Source: Malacoraja senta (taxonomy: Eukaryota). From it: a DNA stretch of 64,000 nucleotides. How positions within the stretch are numbered: the stretch's first letter is position 1; the number at the start of each line of letters is the position of its first letter. The notes beneath the pieces are model-generated. The model searched no databases and was not told where the DNA came from. It worked only from the letters and a program-made list of their open reading frames with translations. The translations under genes and the position numbers were made by a program. The stretch spans positions 5,084,001-5,148,000 of the forward strand of contig CM075987.1 in the NCBI GenBank assembly GCA_038087875.1. Direction: 5' to 3'. Below are positions 50,351 through 63,322 of this stretch, one piece after another.

Positions 50351-51867
50351 TATCACCTAATATCTATGATGTTATTTACAAAAATGTGGAATTAAATCTA
50401 GGAAATACAGAACAGAAAATGTCCATTTGGTTCAAGCATCGATTGGCTATTTAAAGAGATTTGCACTATTATCCCCAGTTAGCAGTGTTGATTTTCCACC
50501 TATTCTTTGATTTATGTTTTTCATTCTCAAATGACAATCAATTATCTTTGAAAAAATATTTTTGTTGCTTTAATTTTCACAATGGTAAAGAATTTCATAT
50601 TTGTTCCGCTCTGGGTCCTAGTGGCAATAGTCTTTGCTCCTTGTGGCCAATTCCCCTCTTAGAATGATCTGAAGATAGACACAAAAAGCTGGAGTAACTC
50701 AGTGGGATAGGCAGGCAGCATCTCTGGAGAGAAGGAATGGGTGACGTTTCGGTGACCTTTCGGGTCGAGACCCTTATACAGGCTGATCTTATACTTATCT
50801 TCTCAGAACATTTGATCGCTTTAAAAAAATTATATTTTGTTTTCTTCCGTTATCTTCCAGTGGTCCAGTGAAAACGGGTCAAATTTTCAGACTTAACAAT
50901 AGTATCATATTTCCAGTTTAACATTAGTGAATCTTTGCTTCTACTCTACTCTACACAAAGTGCTGGAGTAACTCAGCAGGTCAGGCAGCATCTCTGGAGA
51001 AAAGGACTACTGCATGTGACGTTTTGGGTCGAGACCATTCTTCTTGAGAATATGGGTAGGCGACTTTTCAGGTTGGGGCCTTTCTTCAGTCTGAAGAAGG
51101 GTACCAACCTGAAACATTGCCTATCCAAGTTCTCCAGAGATGCTGCTTGACCTGCTATGTTATTCTAGGACTGTGTGTCCTTTTATGTAAACCAGCATCT
51201 GCAGTTCCTTGTTTCTACATTTGTCCCTCTACCTGCCCTGGTGGGAAGCCCATTGGCTGCCTGGTTTTAATTTCCAGCCAACACTGGCTTAAAATGCAAC
51301 TTTCACCAAAATAGCTTTATGCAATAAATCAGGTCTATCTTCTCGTGAAGGCACTTCAGAAGCCTGCACCTATCACGTAATTTATTTACCCTTTTGACCA
51401 TTTCATCACTGATAAATTGATTAGTGCAGCTATGCCTGATCAACGCCTGAATAATGCTCTCCTGATGTAAAAATCTCCGGATTACGTTCACGAGAACTGT
51501 ACGTAAGTCGATTTCTCCGTAATTCCGAAGTATTCCTTAAATCACTCTATTTTCTTTAGCTACCATACGTATCACTCTACATACACTTTGACTTCATTGA
51601 ATATTCACCCAAACGCTACCCATAATTAAACTACTGGAATATATACTGTATCCTGCCATTAATGAATACCATAAACATTATTATCACCACCTTGAAAAGA
51701 GCCTAAAGCACGAATGGGAGAAAAATCGGATATCTGCATGTCAGATTACACATAACTATTCTTGGGGAAAAATGCCTTTCATCAGAGCATCAAAAATACA
51801 CAATACACATACCAAACTGGCTGGAAGCTTAATTCAACAAAATGCAATGTCACCAACAGCAATGTAG

Positions 51868-52068
51868 TCACAAAAAGTTGGAGTAACTCAGCGGGTCAAC
51901 AGCATCTCTGGAGAAAAGGAATAAGTGACTGAAGTCTGAAGAAGATTCTCGACCCGAAACGTCACCTATTCCTTTTTTTTCCAGAGATGCTGTCTAACCC
52001 CCTGAGTTTCTCCAGCTTTTTGTGTCTATCTTTGGATTAAACCAGCTTCTGCAGTTCCTTCCTCCAAC
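51868..52068. mobile_element. Penelope pLTR fold-back
   Basis: Inverted arms around a CTGAAGA...GAAACGTC core. Confidence 0.75.
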
Positions 52069-52164
52069 ATTGTATTGGTATTGGCTTATTTTTGTTACAT
52101 TTATCAAGATAAATCAAATCATTCTATACCTGAATACAATCTAGCCATGCATAAGTACAACAGG

Positions 52165-52555
52165 TAGACAATAGACAATAGGTGCAGGAGTAGGCCATTC
52201 GGCCCATCGAGCTAGCACCACCAATCAATGTGATCATTGCTGATCATCCACAATCAGTACCCAGTTCCTGCCTTCTCCCCAAATCCCCATGACTCCGCTA
52301 TCTTTACGAGCTCTATCTAACTCTCTCTTGAAAGCATCCAGAGAACCGGCCTCCACCGCCTTCTGAGGCAGAGAATTCCACAGACTCACAACTCTCTATG
52401 TGACAAAGTTTTTCCTCATCTCCGTTCCAAATGGCTTACCACTTATTCTTAAACTGTGGCCCTGGTTCTGGACTCCAGACATCGGGAACATGTTTCCTGC
52501 CTCTAGCGTGTCCAAACCCTTAATAACTTATATGTTTCAATAAGATCCCCTCTCA
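52165..52555 (-). mobile_element. CR1 3' end
   Basis: Same family as 6226-6872. Confidence 0.88.
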
Positions 52556-52763
52556 GGTAATGCCAAAAGAAAAATAACCAGTGTGAAATACAGTTTTACA
52601 GCTTTATAGTTCGAGAAAAAAGAGTCCAATGTCAAATTACACTCGAGTTAAATCTAAATCATATTAATTATAGATTAAAGCATACTCAAATTACCAATAT
52701 CAATTATAATTATTAATGATAGACTTGGCTCTCAAGCCGCAATGTCAAAGGATGTCTTAAGCT

Positions 52764-52989
52764 GGAGCTGGGGCGGTGGCCCGGAGCGGAGACTGCAGGA
52801 CCCAGAGCTGGGGCGGTGGCCCGGAGCGGGGACTGCAGGACCCGGAGCTGGGGCGGCGGCCTGGAGCTGGGGCGGCGGCCCGAAGCGGGGACTGCGGGAC
52901 CCGGAGCTGGGGCGGCGGCCCGGAGCGGAGACTGCGGGACCCGGAGCTGGGGCGGCGGCCCGGAGCGGAGACTGCGGGATCCGGAGCTG
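52764..52989 (+). repeat. GC-rich 40-bp minisatellite (about 6 units, one shortened)
   Basis: Unit GGAGCTGGGGCGGCGGCCCGGAGCGGAGACTGCGGGACCC. Confidence 0.92.
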
Positions 52990-53317
52990 ATGCTGTGGCG
53001 GGCCGTCTCGGAGCGGAGACGGCGTTCCGGCTTTCGGCGGCGGCGACATCACCACGGAGGTCCGCTGGCTGGAGGGCGGCATCTTCGACCTGGATCGATC
53101 GCCTCAGCGCAGAGGGAGAACAAGGAGGGAAGAGACGGAGACTAAGACTTTGCCTCCATCACAGTGAGGATGTGCTTGGTGAACTCACTGTGGTGGATGT
53201 TTAATTTGTGTTTATTGTCTGTTTTGTTATTATTGCTTCTGTGTATGACTGCAGGCATCACAATTTCGTTCAGACCAAAAGGTCTGAATGACAATAAAGG
53301 AAATCTTGAATCTTGAA
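52990..53317 (+). mobile_element. Retroposon 3' end with Rex1-like tail
   Basis: ...AATTTCGTTCAGACC-AAAA-GGTCTGAATGACAATAAAG-(AATCTTG)2. Confidence 0.6.
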
Positions 53318-54217
53318 ATACACCAGCATAAGAGAACCTACTTCAAAAATGAGTTACATACAAAAAGAACCAAGAAGGGTCTCAACCCGAAACGCCACCC
53401 ATTCCTTCTCTCCAGAGATGCTGCCTGTCCCACTGAGTTACTCCAGCATAGTGTGTGTATTTTCGGTTTAAACCAGCATCTGCAGTTCCTTCCTACAACC
53501 AGAACCCAAGGGGCATGGGTTTGCATTTTCTTACCTTGAATCCACATCTAATTGTCAATAATTCAAAAGTCTTGGTTTCTATCATTAAGTAATCATCAGC
53601 AGTATTTAGAACACTGTTTCATCTTTAATGAAAAATAAAGTCATAATTATTCATGACAGTATTAGGAATTGTTAGGCATATTTTTTTAATTAAAATTCCA
53701 ATTACTTTTCATTTGAGTCCTTTTCAAAACTGAATTTTGACAAAAAATGTCCTGCCTTTCAGCTTGGTCTGATTCAGGTGGTCTGATTCAGATAATTCAT
53801 TCTTCTATGCGATTTGAGTTTTCCATACCAGACCATCTCAGTAGGTTAATTGAAATGGCCTGGAAAGGAAAACTAAAATCTTTGCAACATTATTTCATTA
53901 ATTTCTTATTTTAAACCGCAGCCCTCAAAATTCAAGCTGTCACCAACTTTGCTTGCTATACGACCAAAGTTGTTGAAATCTATTTGCTCGTTATCTGTTG
54001 CCTTTCGCTTTATAGGGTTGTGCAATCATCAGAGGGTTTCAAGATAGACACAAAATGCTGAAGTAACAGGCAGCATCTCTGGAGAGAAGGAATGGGTGAC
54101 TTTTCGGGTCGAGACCCTTCTTCAGACTGAGTCAGGGGAGAGGGAAACTGGAGATGTGGAAGGGTAAGGTGTGACAACGACAGATCAAAGCAGACGATGA
54201 TCAAGGAAATGTAGAAT

Positions 54218-54838
54218 AGACAATAGACAATAGGTGCAGGAGTAGGCCATTCGGCCCTTCGAGCCAGCACCGCCATTCAATGTGATCATGGCTGATCATC
54301 CCCAATCAGTACCCCGTTCCTTTATTTTCCCCATATCCCCTGACTCCGCTATCTTTAAGAGCCCTATCCAGCTCTCTCTTGAAAGCATCCAGAGAACCTG
54401 CCTCCACCGCCCTCTGAGGCAGAGAATTCCACACAATCACAACTCTCTGTGAGAAAAAGTGTTTCCTCGTCTCCGTTCTAAATGGCTTACCTCTTATTCT
54501 TAAACTGTGGCCCCTGGTTCTGGACTCCCCCAACATCGAGAACATGTTTCCTGCCTCCAGCGTGTCCAAACCCTTAACAATCTTATATGTTTCAATAACA
54601 TTCCCTTTCATCCTTCTAAACTCCAGCTGCTCCATTCTCTCAGCATATGACAGTCCCGCCATCCCCGTGAATTAACCTTGTAAACCTACGCTGCACTCCC
54701 TCAATAGCAAAAATGTCCTTCCCCAAATTAGGGGACCAAAACTGCACACAATACTCCAGGTGTGGTCTCACTAGGGCTCTGTACAACTGCAGAAGGGCCT
54801 CTTTGCCCCTGTACTAGACTCCTCTTGTTATAAAGGCC
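54218..54838 (-). mobile_element. CR1 3' fragment
   Basis: GESRTRGHSLRIRGKPFRTETRKHFFSQRVV. Confidence 0.9.
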
Positions 54839-55449
54839 ATAGAATGGTTCATTGTTGGCTGAGGGGACGTTGAGGAGGCATCCAAACAGTAAAATTCATC
54901 AGGAGATTAATTAATCAGCATCTGCACATCCTTCCTACAACAAAGGGTTTCCAGATCATTGTTGTTACAACCTATCTCAACCAACCCCATCACAATTTAC
55001 CATCTCATTGTCTCCCATCTCCTACACATTTCTCTCAACAGTATGATGCACATTCTCAACAGTTAGTGCAAAGAGAAAAATAACCAGTGTGAAATACAGT
55101 TTTACTGCACCTTGGCATTATAGTTCGAGAGTAAATAGTCCAATGCCAAATCAACAAAGCTGTTCTTTCTCCTTCTTTCTCCTTCCTCAAATAACCTTTG
55201 TTCTTTATCCAACCTCAAATATTCTGTGCAAAGGGTGTCAGAGGTTATGGGGAGAAGGCAAGAGAAGGGGGTTAAGAGGGAAAGATTGGATGGCGGAGTA
55301 GACTTGATGGGCCAAATTGTGCTCCTATCACTTATGAACAATCCTATTTAACATGCTATGTACATGCCATTCAATTTTACACAACTGCAATTATATTATT
55401 TCCCAAAACATGCCTTTCCTTCGTTTTCAGACTCAAATGTTGGTTGCCA

Positions 55450-56140
55450 TCATAGAGCACAAGAACAGACCCTCTGGTCCACAATGTGTCTGCCGAAAGT
55501 GATACCAAGTTAAACTGATCTCCAATGCCTGAACATAACACATATCCCTCCATTCCCTGCATTTCCATGTGCCTATCCATAAGCCACTTTATCGCCACTA
55601 TTGTATCTGCCTCCACCACCCACCTCCTCCCCACCTCAGCAGGTCCAGGCACCCACCGCCCTGTATTAAAAACTTGACCTGCACATCTCCTTTGAACTTT
55701 GCCCCTCCAACCTTAAAGCTACGCCCTCTGGTCTTTGACATTTTCATCCTTGAAAAAAAGTTCTGACCGTCTTCCCTATCTATGCCTCTCGTAATTTTGA
55801 TACACTTCATAAGTTCATAGGTGATAGGAGCAGAAGTATACCATTTGGCCCATCAAGTCTCCTCCACCATTCAATCATGACTAATCTATCTTCCCTTTCA
55901 ACCCCATTCTCCTGCCTTATCCCCATAACCTCTGACACCCATACTAATAAAAAAATCTATCTATCTCTGCCTTAAAAATATCCATTGACTTGGCCTCCAC
56001 CGCCTTCTGCGACAATGAACTCCACAGATTCACCATCGTCTGTCTAAAGAAATTCCTCTTCATCTCCTTCCCAAAAGAATGTCCTTTTATACTGAGGCCA
56101 TGACCTCTGGTCCTAGACTCTCCCACTAGTGGAAACCTCT
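55450..56140 (-). mobile_element. Two CR1 3' fragments
   Basis: KTRGRSFKV and GESRTRGHGL...VNLWSSL. Confidence 0.8.
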
Positions 56141-56800
56141 CTTAGGTCTACCCTCATCCTCTGGCAATTTAGAGAAAACCTTCCATCAGTAAGCAAGCGA
56201 CTGATGCCCAAAGTCTGTTTTTAACTTGTCCTACATGCAATGGTTCAACATCCCATTACCACAGCAACCACAAGTCCTGAGCAAAAGTAGGTAGTTTCCA
56301 TGGAGCCGTTGACAAGATCCAGGCTTGATATATATTTATTTCCCACACAGCGAGTTCTTTGTTAATAATTACCTGTCCATCACTCGCCGACGATGCTCTC
56401 AAGTTTGTGTGCTAGCACGTCAGCTGAAACTCAGCAAATTCAGAAGAGAAGGGGAAATAAAAGCCAAGAGAAGGGGACATAATTCAGCATAGTGATATAT
56501 TACTAAACTAGCATGTGCAGAACTGAGCCAGGAAAAGAAAATTAAAATGTCCACTATATTGAAAGGTTGCTGTTCTTAAAATTGTGATATTATAACCAGG
56601 GGACGTTGGAAATAGCCTGTCAGCAGACTTCTCACCGAGCATTGAAGAACTTTTCGAAGATAGCTTTATATATTATCATTTTGTTACATTTGCAAACGAC
56701 ACTTCAAAACATTGCTGCTGCCAGAGGAAATCAACCTGGAATCCTGCATCTATTCCATGTCTCCACATCAACCCAGAAGAGCCAGAAGCAACTCAGTTAA

Positions 56801-57110
56801 AGTGGCGCAGCTGGTGGAGCCGCTGCCTCACAGCGTCAGAGACCGGGTTCTATCCTGACCTCGGGTGCTGTCTGTGTGGAGTTTGCACATTCTTCCTGTG
56901 ACCACTCGTGGGTTTCCTCCGGGGAGGTCCAGTCCGGTTCCTCCTTCATTCCAAAAACATGCGGCCTCTGTAAAATTGCCCCTAGTGTGTAGGGAGTTGA
57001 TGAGAAAGTGGGATAACTTGGAACTAGTGTGTGAACGGGTGATCGATGACCAGCATGGACACAGTGGGCCAAAGGACCCATTTCCAAGTTGTATCTCTAA
57101 ACTAAAAAAC
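56801..57110 (+). mobile_element. HE1/V-SINE
   Basis: Diagnostic motifs. Confidence 0.85.
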
Positions 57111-58847
57111 ATTTGAACATGAAACCTGATTTTCCTGTATCCAGTGCCAGAACGAAATAGGAGAGATTTAGAGTCCTAATCCTTTGTTTTGAAAAGCATA
57201 GCACGTGAACTGTCTTTGATCACCTTTCTAATGCCAGCAAAACATTCTTAAAAATGTACAGGAAACTGCGAGATCCATGGGCAGGGATAACGGGAAGGCA
57301 CAAGTCTCTTTGCAGAGGCGTCAATAATTTGAGTACATTATTTTAATGTAATTGGCAGATAAGCGGATAGTTAAAGGAAATTACAAACTGCAAAGAATGG
57401 TGGGGGATCTCAAAAGAGTCGTAAGTGCTTGCAGGCAGAAACCTCCATCAGATTTAAGGTTTACTCGTCGTGGCATGAGCAGCAAAGCCACTGACCAAGA
57501 GCTGGGGAAGGGGGACTTGTAGCTCATTTGTGACTGGCAAAACAAAAGTGGTCTCCATCTGCCCACAGCCCCAAGCACGACATTCTGGGCGGTCTCTGCA
57601 CTATGTCAAACAGTGACGAGATAAACAAACTCTTTATTCTCTGCAGATGATTTAATTGAAGTTTTCAAGATAACAGTACAGCACAGGAACAGGCCCTTCA
57701 GCCCATAATGTCCATGCCAAACACGATGCAAAGTTAAACTAATCTCCGAATAGACACAAGGGACAGCAGGTGTTAGTTTACACACAAAAAAAACTGTGCT
57801 GGAGTAACTCAAGAGTCTCAGGGAGACACGGATAGCTGATGTTTCAGGTCGGGACTCTTCTTCAGATTTCAGACACAAAACGTCACCTATCCGTGCGTTC
57901 CAGAGATGCTGCCTGACCTGCTGAGTTACTCCAACACTGTTTTCTTTTACTAATCTCCTCTGCCTGAACGTGATCCATATCCCTCCCGCATCTGCAGTTG
58001 GTTGTTTTAATCATCCAGAGGAATTTGTTCGATCATCTCCAGAGACACAAAAGCTTACTTCCCCAACAACAGAACAGGAACTTGACCTCCCTTCTGGAAA
58101 TTGATCTGATCCACGTCTCTTGAGCTAAGAGGGGAAACTTTAATCACATGTCATGGTTTTCCTCTTCTCATCAGCATACAAAAGCAAAATACTGCAATTG
58201 CTGTGAAATTTTAAATAAAAAATAGAAAATGTTGGAGTTACCAGGTCACTAGGTCAGTTGGAGAGGAATAAAACACAATAATCTTTTGCTGGAAATGTTA
58301 TTTCTCGGCCACAGTGGTATCACTCTCTTCTCATTATCATTCTGCTGATTAGCACACTGAGCAATAGAGTCACAGAGACAAACTTTGACTAAAGTTTCAT
58401 TTCTTCACCCAACTCATCCATGCTGACCAAATGCCCCGTCTAAGCTAGTCTCATTTCATAGATTCATCAGTGATAGAAGCAGAATTAGGCCTTTCGGCCC
58501 ATCAAGTCTACACGACCAATTCAATAATCTATCTTTCCCTCTCAACCCCATTCTCCTGTCTTCTCCCCATAATCCCTGACATGTGTAATAATCAAGAATC
58601 TATCTATCTCTGCCTTAAAAATATCCATCGACTTGGCCTCCATAACCCTCTGTGGCAATGAATTCCACAGATTCACCACCCTCTAACAAAATTAATTCCT
58701 CCTCATCTCCCTCCTAAAGGGACATCCTTTAATTCTGAGTTTTGCCCACATTTAGCCCATTTACCTCTCAATCTTTTCTTTCTATACTCAGAATTGAGTT
58801 TATTGTTGTATTTATCATTACTGGATTGTATATTGTTTACACAAAGA

Positions 58848-59465
58848 GCTTAGTTTAGTTTAGGTTAGTTTAGAGATACAACACGGAAACAGGCCCTTCG
58901 GCGCACTGTCCGCCCCGACCAGCGATCACCCGTACACTAGCAGTATCCACACCAGGGACAATATTACAGTAATTATTGTATTATGATTACAAATATTACG
59001 AGTAAGCCATTTAGAACGGAGACGAGGAAACACTTTTTCTCACAGAGAGTGGTGAGTCTGTGGAATTCTCTGCCTCAGAGGGCAGTGGAGGCAGGTTCTC
59101 TGGATGCTTTCAAGAGAGAGCTAGATAGGGCTCTTAAAAATAGCGGAGTCAGGGGATATGGGGAGAAGGCAGAAATGGGGTACTGATTGGGGATGATCAG
59201 CCATGATCACATAGAATGGCTCGAAGGGCCAAATGGCCTGCTCCTGCACCTATTTTCTATTGTCTATTACAATTAACGAATTACCTAAACTAATTAACCT
59301 ACAAACCTACACGTCTTTGGATTGTGGGACAAAACCGGAGCACCGGGAGAAAACCCACGCGGTCACGGGGAGAAAATACAAACTCTGCATAGATTGCACC
59401 TGTAGTCAGGATCGAACCCAGGCCTCTGGCGTTGTAAGGCCGCAATTTATCGCTGTGCCACCCCA
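58848..59465. mobile_element. Minus-strand HE1/V-SINE split by a plus-strand CR1 3' end (about 59000-59267)
   Basis: SINE tail at 58848-58970 and SINE head at 59290-59465. Confidence 0.8.
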
Positions 59466-62108
59466 CAATGTTATCTTGCTCTAGCAAACCAAGTTAGTCA
59501 TTGTAAAAGCCAATGAACTCATATGGGTTTAAGAGCAAGAGCTTATCGCAGGAAGAGAAGTTTGTTCAGTATTATGCTCATTTTGATGAGGTCTTCGTGT
59601 GAACAAGGAATTTCATTGCACCTTGGTGTATATGATAATAAACCAAACTATATCTATCCTCCATATCAAAATGCAGGAAAGTCTATTGTGCAGATATATA
59701 CAGCCACAGCATAAAATCATTCACAGGGGACGACAATTTTTAAATAAACATGATGACCATTGACATTTAAAATCGTAGTTTCCAGGAGGGATAAATAGAT
59801 TTAAAAGCTTGCCATTAATTATCAGCAGCTGTCTCCAGGAAGCTCCTCTTTCCGGTACTTGTCAAATTCTAAGTACCTTTGACAGGACTTGCATAAAACC
59901 TGCTCCTTTAAGATTGTGGCTCCAGAGGACTGAAGTGTGGCAGTGTACAGTTGTGCTACTTAAATCAAGCCTAACAGGGAGGTTATAGTTTCTGGTCCAA
60001 GTACACTATAGATGCCGTGATCCGTGTCCAAGTTGGACCTGGACAGCGCCAAGAGAGGAATATTCATCACGAGCCTGTTCCACAATGGAACGTAGCTTCC
60101 AGAAAGGAGTCATGGCCTTGGTCCATCAATGCAAGGACAACAGATGTGACCCCCATACCAAAAATGTACAGTTCATGATGGATGCGAGCCAAGAATTCAA
60201 CATTGCACAGATCCCAATCAGAATGAACTGCAATGCCATTTTGTAACAGAATCATTATCCCATTTAAACATTATTCCAAGAACATTTCATTGCAAAACAG
60301 TATAATCCATTTTACTGTGGAATATTGGGGGAATTAGGGGAATAGATTAGATGCAAAGAGTCCCTTGCCCAGAATCTGAAGGGTAACATTCACACAAAGG
60401 GTGGTGGGTATATGGAACGAGTTGCCAGAGAAGGTCGTTGAGGCAGGGACTATTGCAATGTTTAAGAAACAATTAGACAGGTACATGGATAAGACAGGAT
60501 TGAAGGGATATGGGCTACATACAGGCAGGTGGGACTAGTATAGATGGGACATGTTGGTCTGTGTGGGCAAGTTGGGCCGAAGGGCCTGCTTCCACGCTGT
60601 ATGACTCTATGACTAAATATAATTAGGTTTACCTTCTTAACTAACATTCAGAGGAAGCCTTGTTAAAAAAAAAGTTTAGTAGAATATACATTGCTCATAC
60701 ACAAACTAAAACCGATCACAACATGTTTCTGTACCTCTGCTTCACCTTAACACTAAATGTTCAATGATTTCCAGTACATTATAAGATATAAAGTGACTCA
60801 GAAATTCTTGATCCGGAAAAGAAGCGACTCAAAAATTCCTGATCCGGAAAAAAAGTGTCAACTGAAAGTTTAATTCCAGAAGCCAGGAAGCCATTTTTTT
60901 TTGTTCATGTTATTAAGTTTTCAGTGTTCACGACACCAACGAATAAAAACTGGCACTTCACCTGGTGACTAATGAGATCTACCAGTGAAGAACATAAGGG
61001 CTGACAGCCAGCTAGGCCATCTTGGCAGGTTCTAACCTAGGCATTGATGCATTCATCATCCACTAAACCAATCCACCAATTCTGCAATGCCATTTGTCAT
61101 TAATTATGCTAATCAGCATACCATTACTCTCCGATGACACTCTAGCAGTTATTAGCTAGTTATGGCTTTCAAATGTGCAACTTATTGAGTATGCAAGAGA
61201 TGTGCATACATTAGCCTAGAGGGAAGAAGTGTCCAATTATAAGGAGAAGAAATTCTCTATTATCTTGCTCTAACAAACCAATTTAGCAATTATAAAAGCC
61301 TATGAACTCATATGGGTTTAAGAGCAAGAGCTTAGCATATGAAACAAGGGAACTTTGTTCATTATTATACTCATTCTGATGAGAGGAAATGAAGTGACAA
61401 AGCCTAACTCTGCGATTTTGTTAATTACAGGGTTATAACAAGAGGCACAATTATCAAGCAGCAGTGGTACAATTCTCAAGAGCCCAAATTTCTTTCTATA
61501 AGTCTTGCCAACTGTGTTTTCATTTCTTCCACTGTGTTTTTTTAAAACACACTGGTAGAACAATACTAAAAAATTGCCCTAGACTCTGTGAGCAGACTTC
61601 CTTAAAACACAGTAACTTAAAATTACTCGGTAATTTTAACCACAGCAATGATTTTTATTGTATAGTTAGTGTACTGTGTATGATTTAATGTCAAAGACTA
61701 ATTTGAAAAAGCCGTAAAAAGAAAGCTTAGCAAATAATAGAACTCAAACAAATGGGTATCGTGGTTCACAATGCAATACACACATGACCCGCTGAGCTAC
61801 TCCAGCACATTTTTTTGGACATTTTTATGAAACGTATCATTTAGCATATTCTTTTTTGGTCCATAAATATCAGTCATTTCTCTGCTTCAGCAGATGCCAA
61901 CAGTATTTGTGTACGAATTGTGTGTGACATCACCTAAAACATTTTTGGGAATTGAAAAGGGGGGGTGTAATATTCAGTTGACATGACCTATTGAATTGTA
62001 TTCCTTTATCTTTGCACACTAATGATTGACCATGACAATTAGATAGTTTTTGGGATAGGGTAGACAGCCAGAACCATTTTCTCAGGGTGGAAATGCCAAG
62101 GACTAGAG

Positions 62109-62486
62109 CAGAGGTCGGGAACCTACGGCCCGCAACCCGAAATCGTCCGGCCCGCAGGCGGGTTTTTTTTCAATTAGTTTTCGCGACCTGGGCGCTACAG
62201 CCAGTCCCGGGGCTCGCAGGCGACCTGGGAACTGCAGACAGTCCCAGGGACGCGAGGGATCTGGGAACTGCAGAAAACGAATTGAAAAACACGTGAAAAC
62301 TAATGCGAAAAACAACACCAAGTGTCACACTAGTTAGTATGTATTATTAGTATGTATTTTTATTAATAACTAATTTAGTATTATTATTATTACCTCCAGT
62401 TATTAACTATGGGGATAGATGTGGCCCGCCATCCGCTCACAGACATGGGTCCTGGCACCTATGCAGAACAAGGTTGCCGACCGCTG
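62109..62486. mobile_element. hAT (Charlie-like) MITE inserted in a CR1 3' fragment (about 62040-62795)
   Basis: TIR CAGAGGTCGGGAACCT / AGGTTGCCGACCGCTG, perfect 8-bp TSD GACTAGAG, and CGGCCCGC subterminal motifs. Confidence 0.92.
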
Positions 62487-63028
62487 GACTAGAGGGTACA
62501 GTTTTAAGGTGACAGAGTCTGGGGCAAAGGAGGAAAAGTTTAAAGGAGATGTGCGGGGCAAGTTTTTTTTACACAGAGGGTGGTGGGTGCCTGGAACGCA
62601 CTGCAAGAGGTGGAGGTGGAGGCAAATACGATAGTGTCATTGAAGAGGCTTTTGGATAGGCACATGGACGTGCACGGAATGGAGGGATGAGAATTATGTG
62701 CTGGCAGAGGAGATTCGATTAGCTTGGTATCATGGTCAGCACAGGCATGTTGGTCCGAAGGCCCTATTCCTGTGCTGGGCTGCTCTGTGTTCCATGTAGC
62801 ATCTCTGCAATTTTTTGAACATATACATTTATTTAGAAAGAGGGCTTTAAAATACCAACAGGAGAAGAATTCATGACATCACAAAATTTCATATCCACTG
62901 AATACCATCAGGTGCCGTCAATTCACCTCAACAACACACTCAGAAGTCGATGTTAACACATTCAGTCAGCTCCTCTGGTCTTTCAATAATTTGACTAAAT
63001 AGCCAAGCATGAAGATGCATTTAATATT

Positions 63029-63322
63029 TGGCGGCAGGGTAGCACAGTGGTAGAGTTGTTGCCTTACAGCGGCAGAGACCCGAGTTCGAACCTGCCTGCG
63101 GATGCTTGTCTGCAGAGTCCTCCAGGTGACCTGGCTTTCTCCCAAATCTGTGGTTTCCTCCCACATTCCAAAGAAGCACAGGTTTGTGGGTTTATTCGCT
63201 GGGTATAAATGTAAATTATTCCTGGCGTGCCTAGGATAATACTGGTGGACGGGGATCGCTGGTCGGCGAGAACTTGGTGGGCCAAAGGGCTTGTTTCCAT
63301 GCTGTATGTCTAAACTAAACTG
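63029..63322 (+). mobile_element. HE1/V-SINE
   Basis: Diagnostic motifs. Confidence 0.85.

Noticed and set aside
52732-53204. Several repetitive ORFs
   Set aside because: Artefacts of the 40-bp GC-rich minisatellite.
59820-60260. Coding-like composition suggesting a processed pseudogene
   Set aside because: No frame I translated gave a recognisable protein; it needs BLASTx.
60794-60857. Two tandem copies of an approximately 32-bp unit
   Set aside because: Simple tandem duplication with no spacers; not CRISPR-like.
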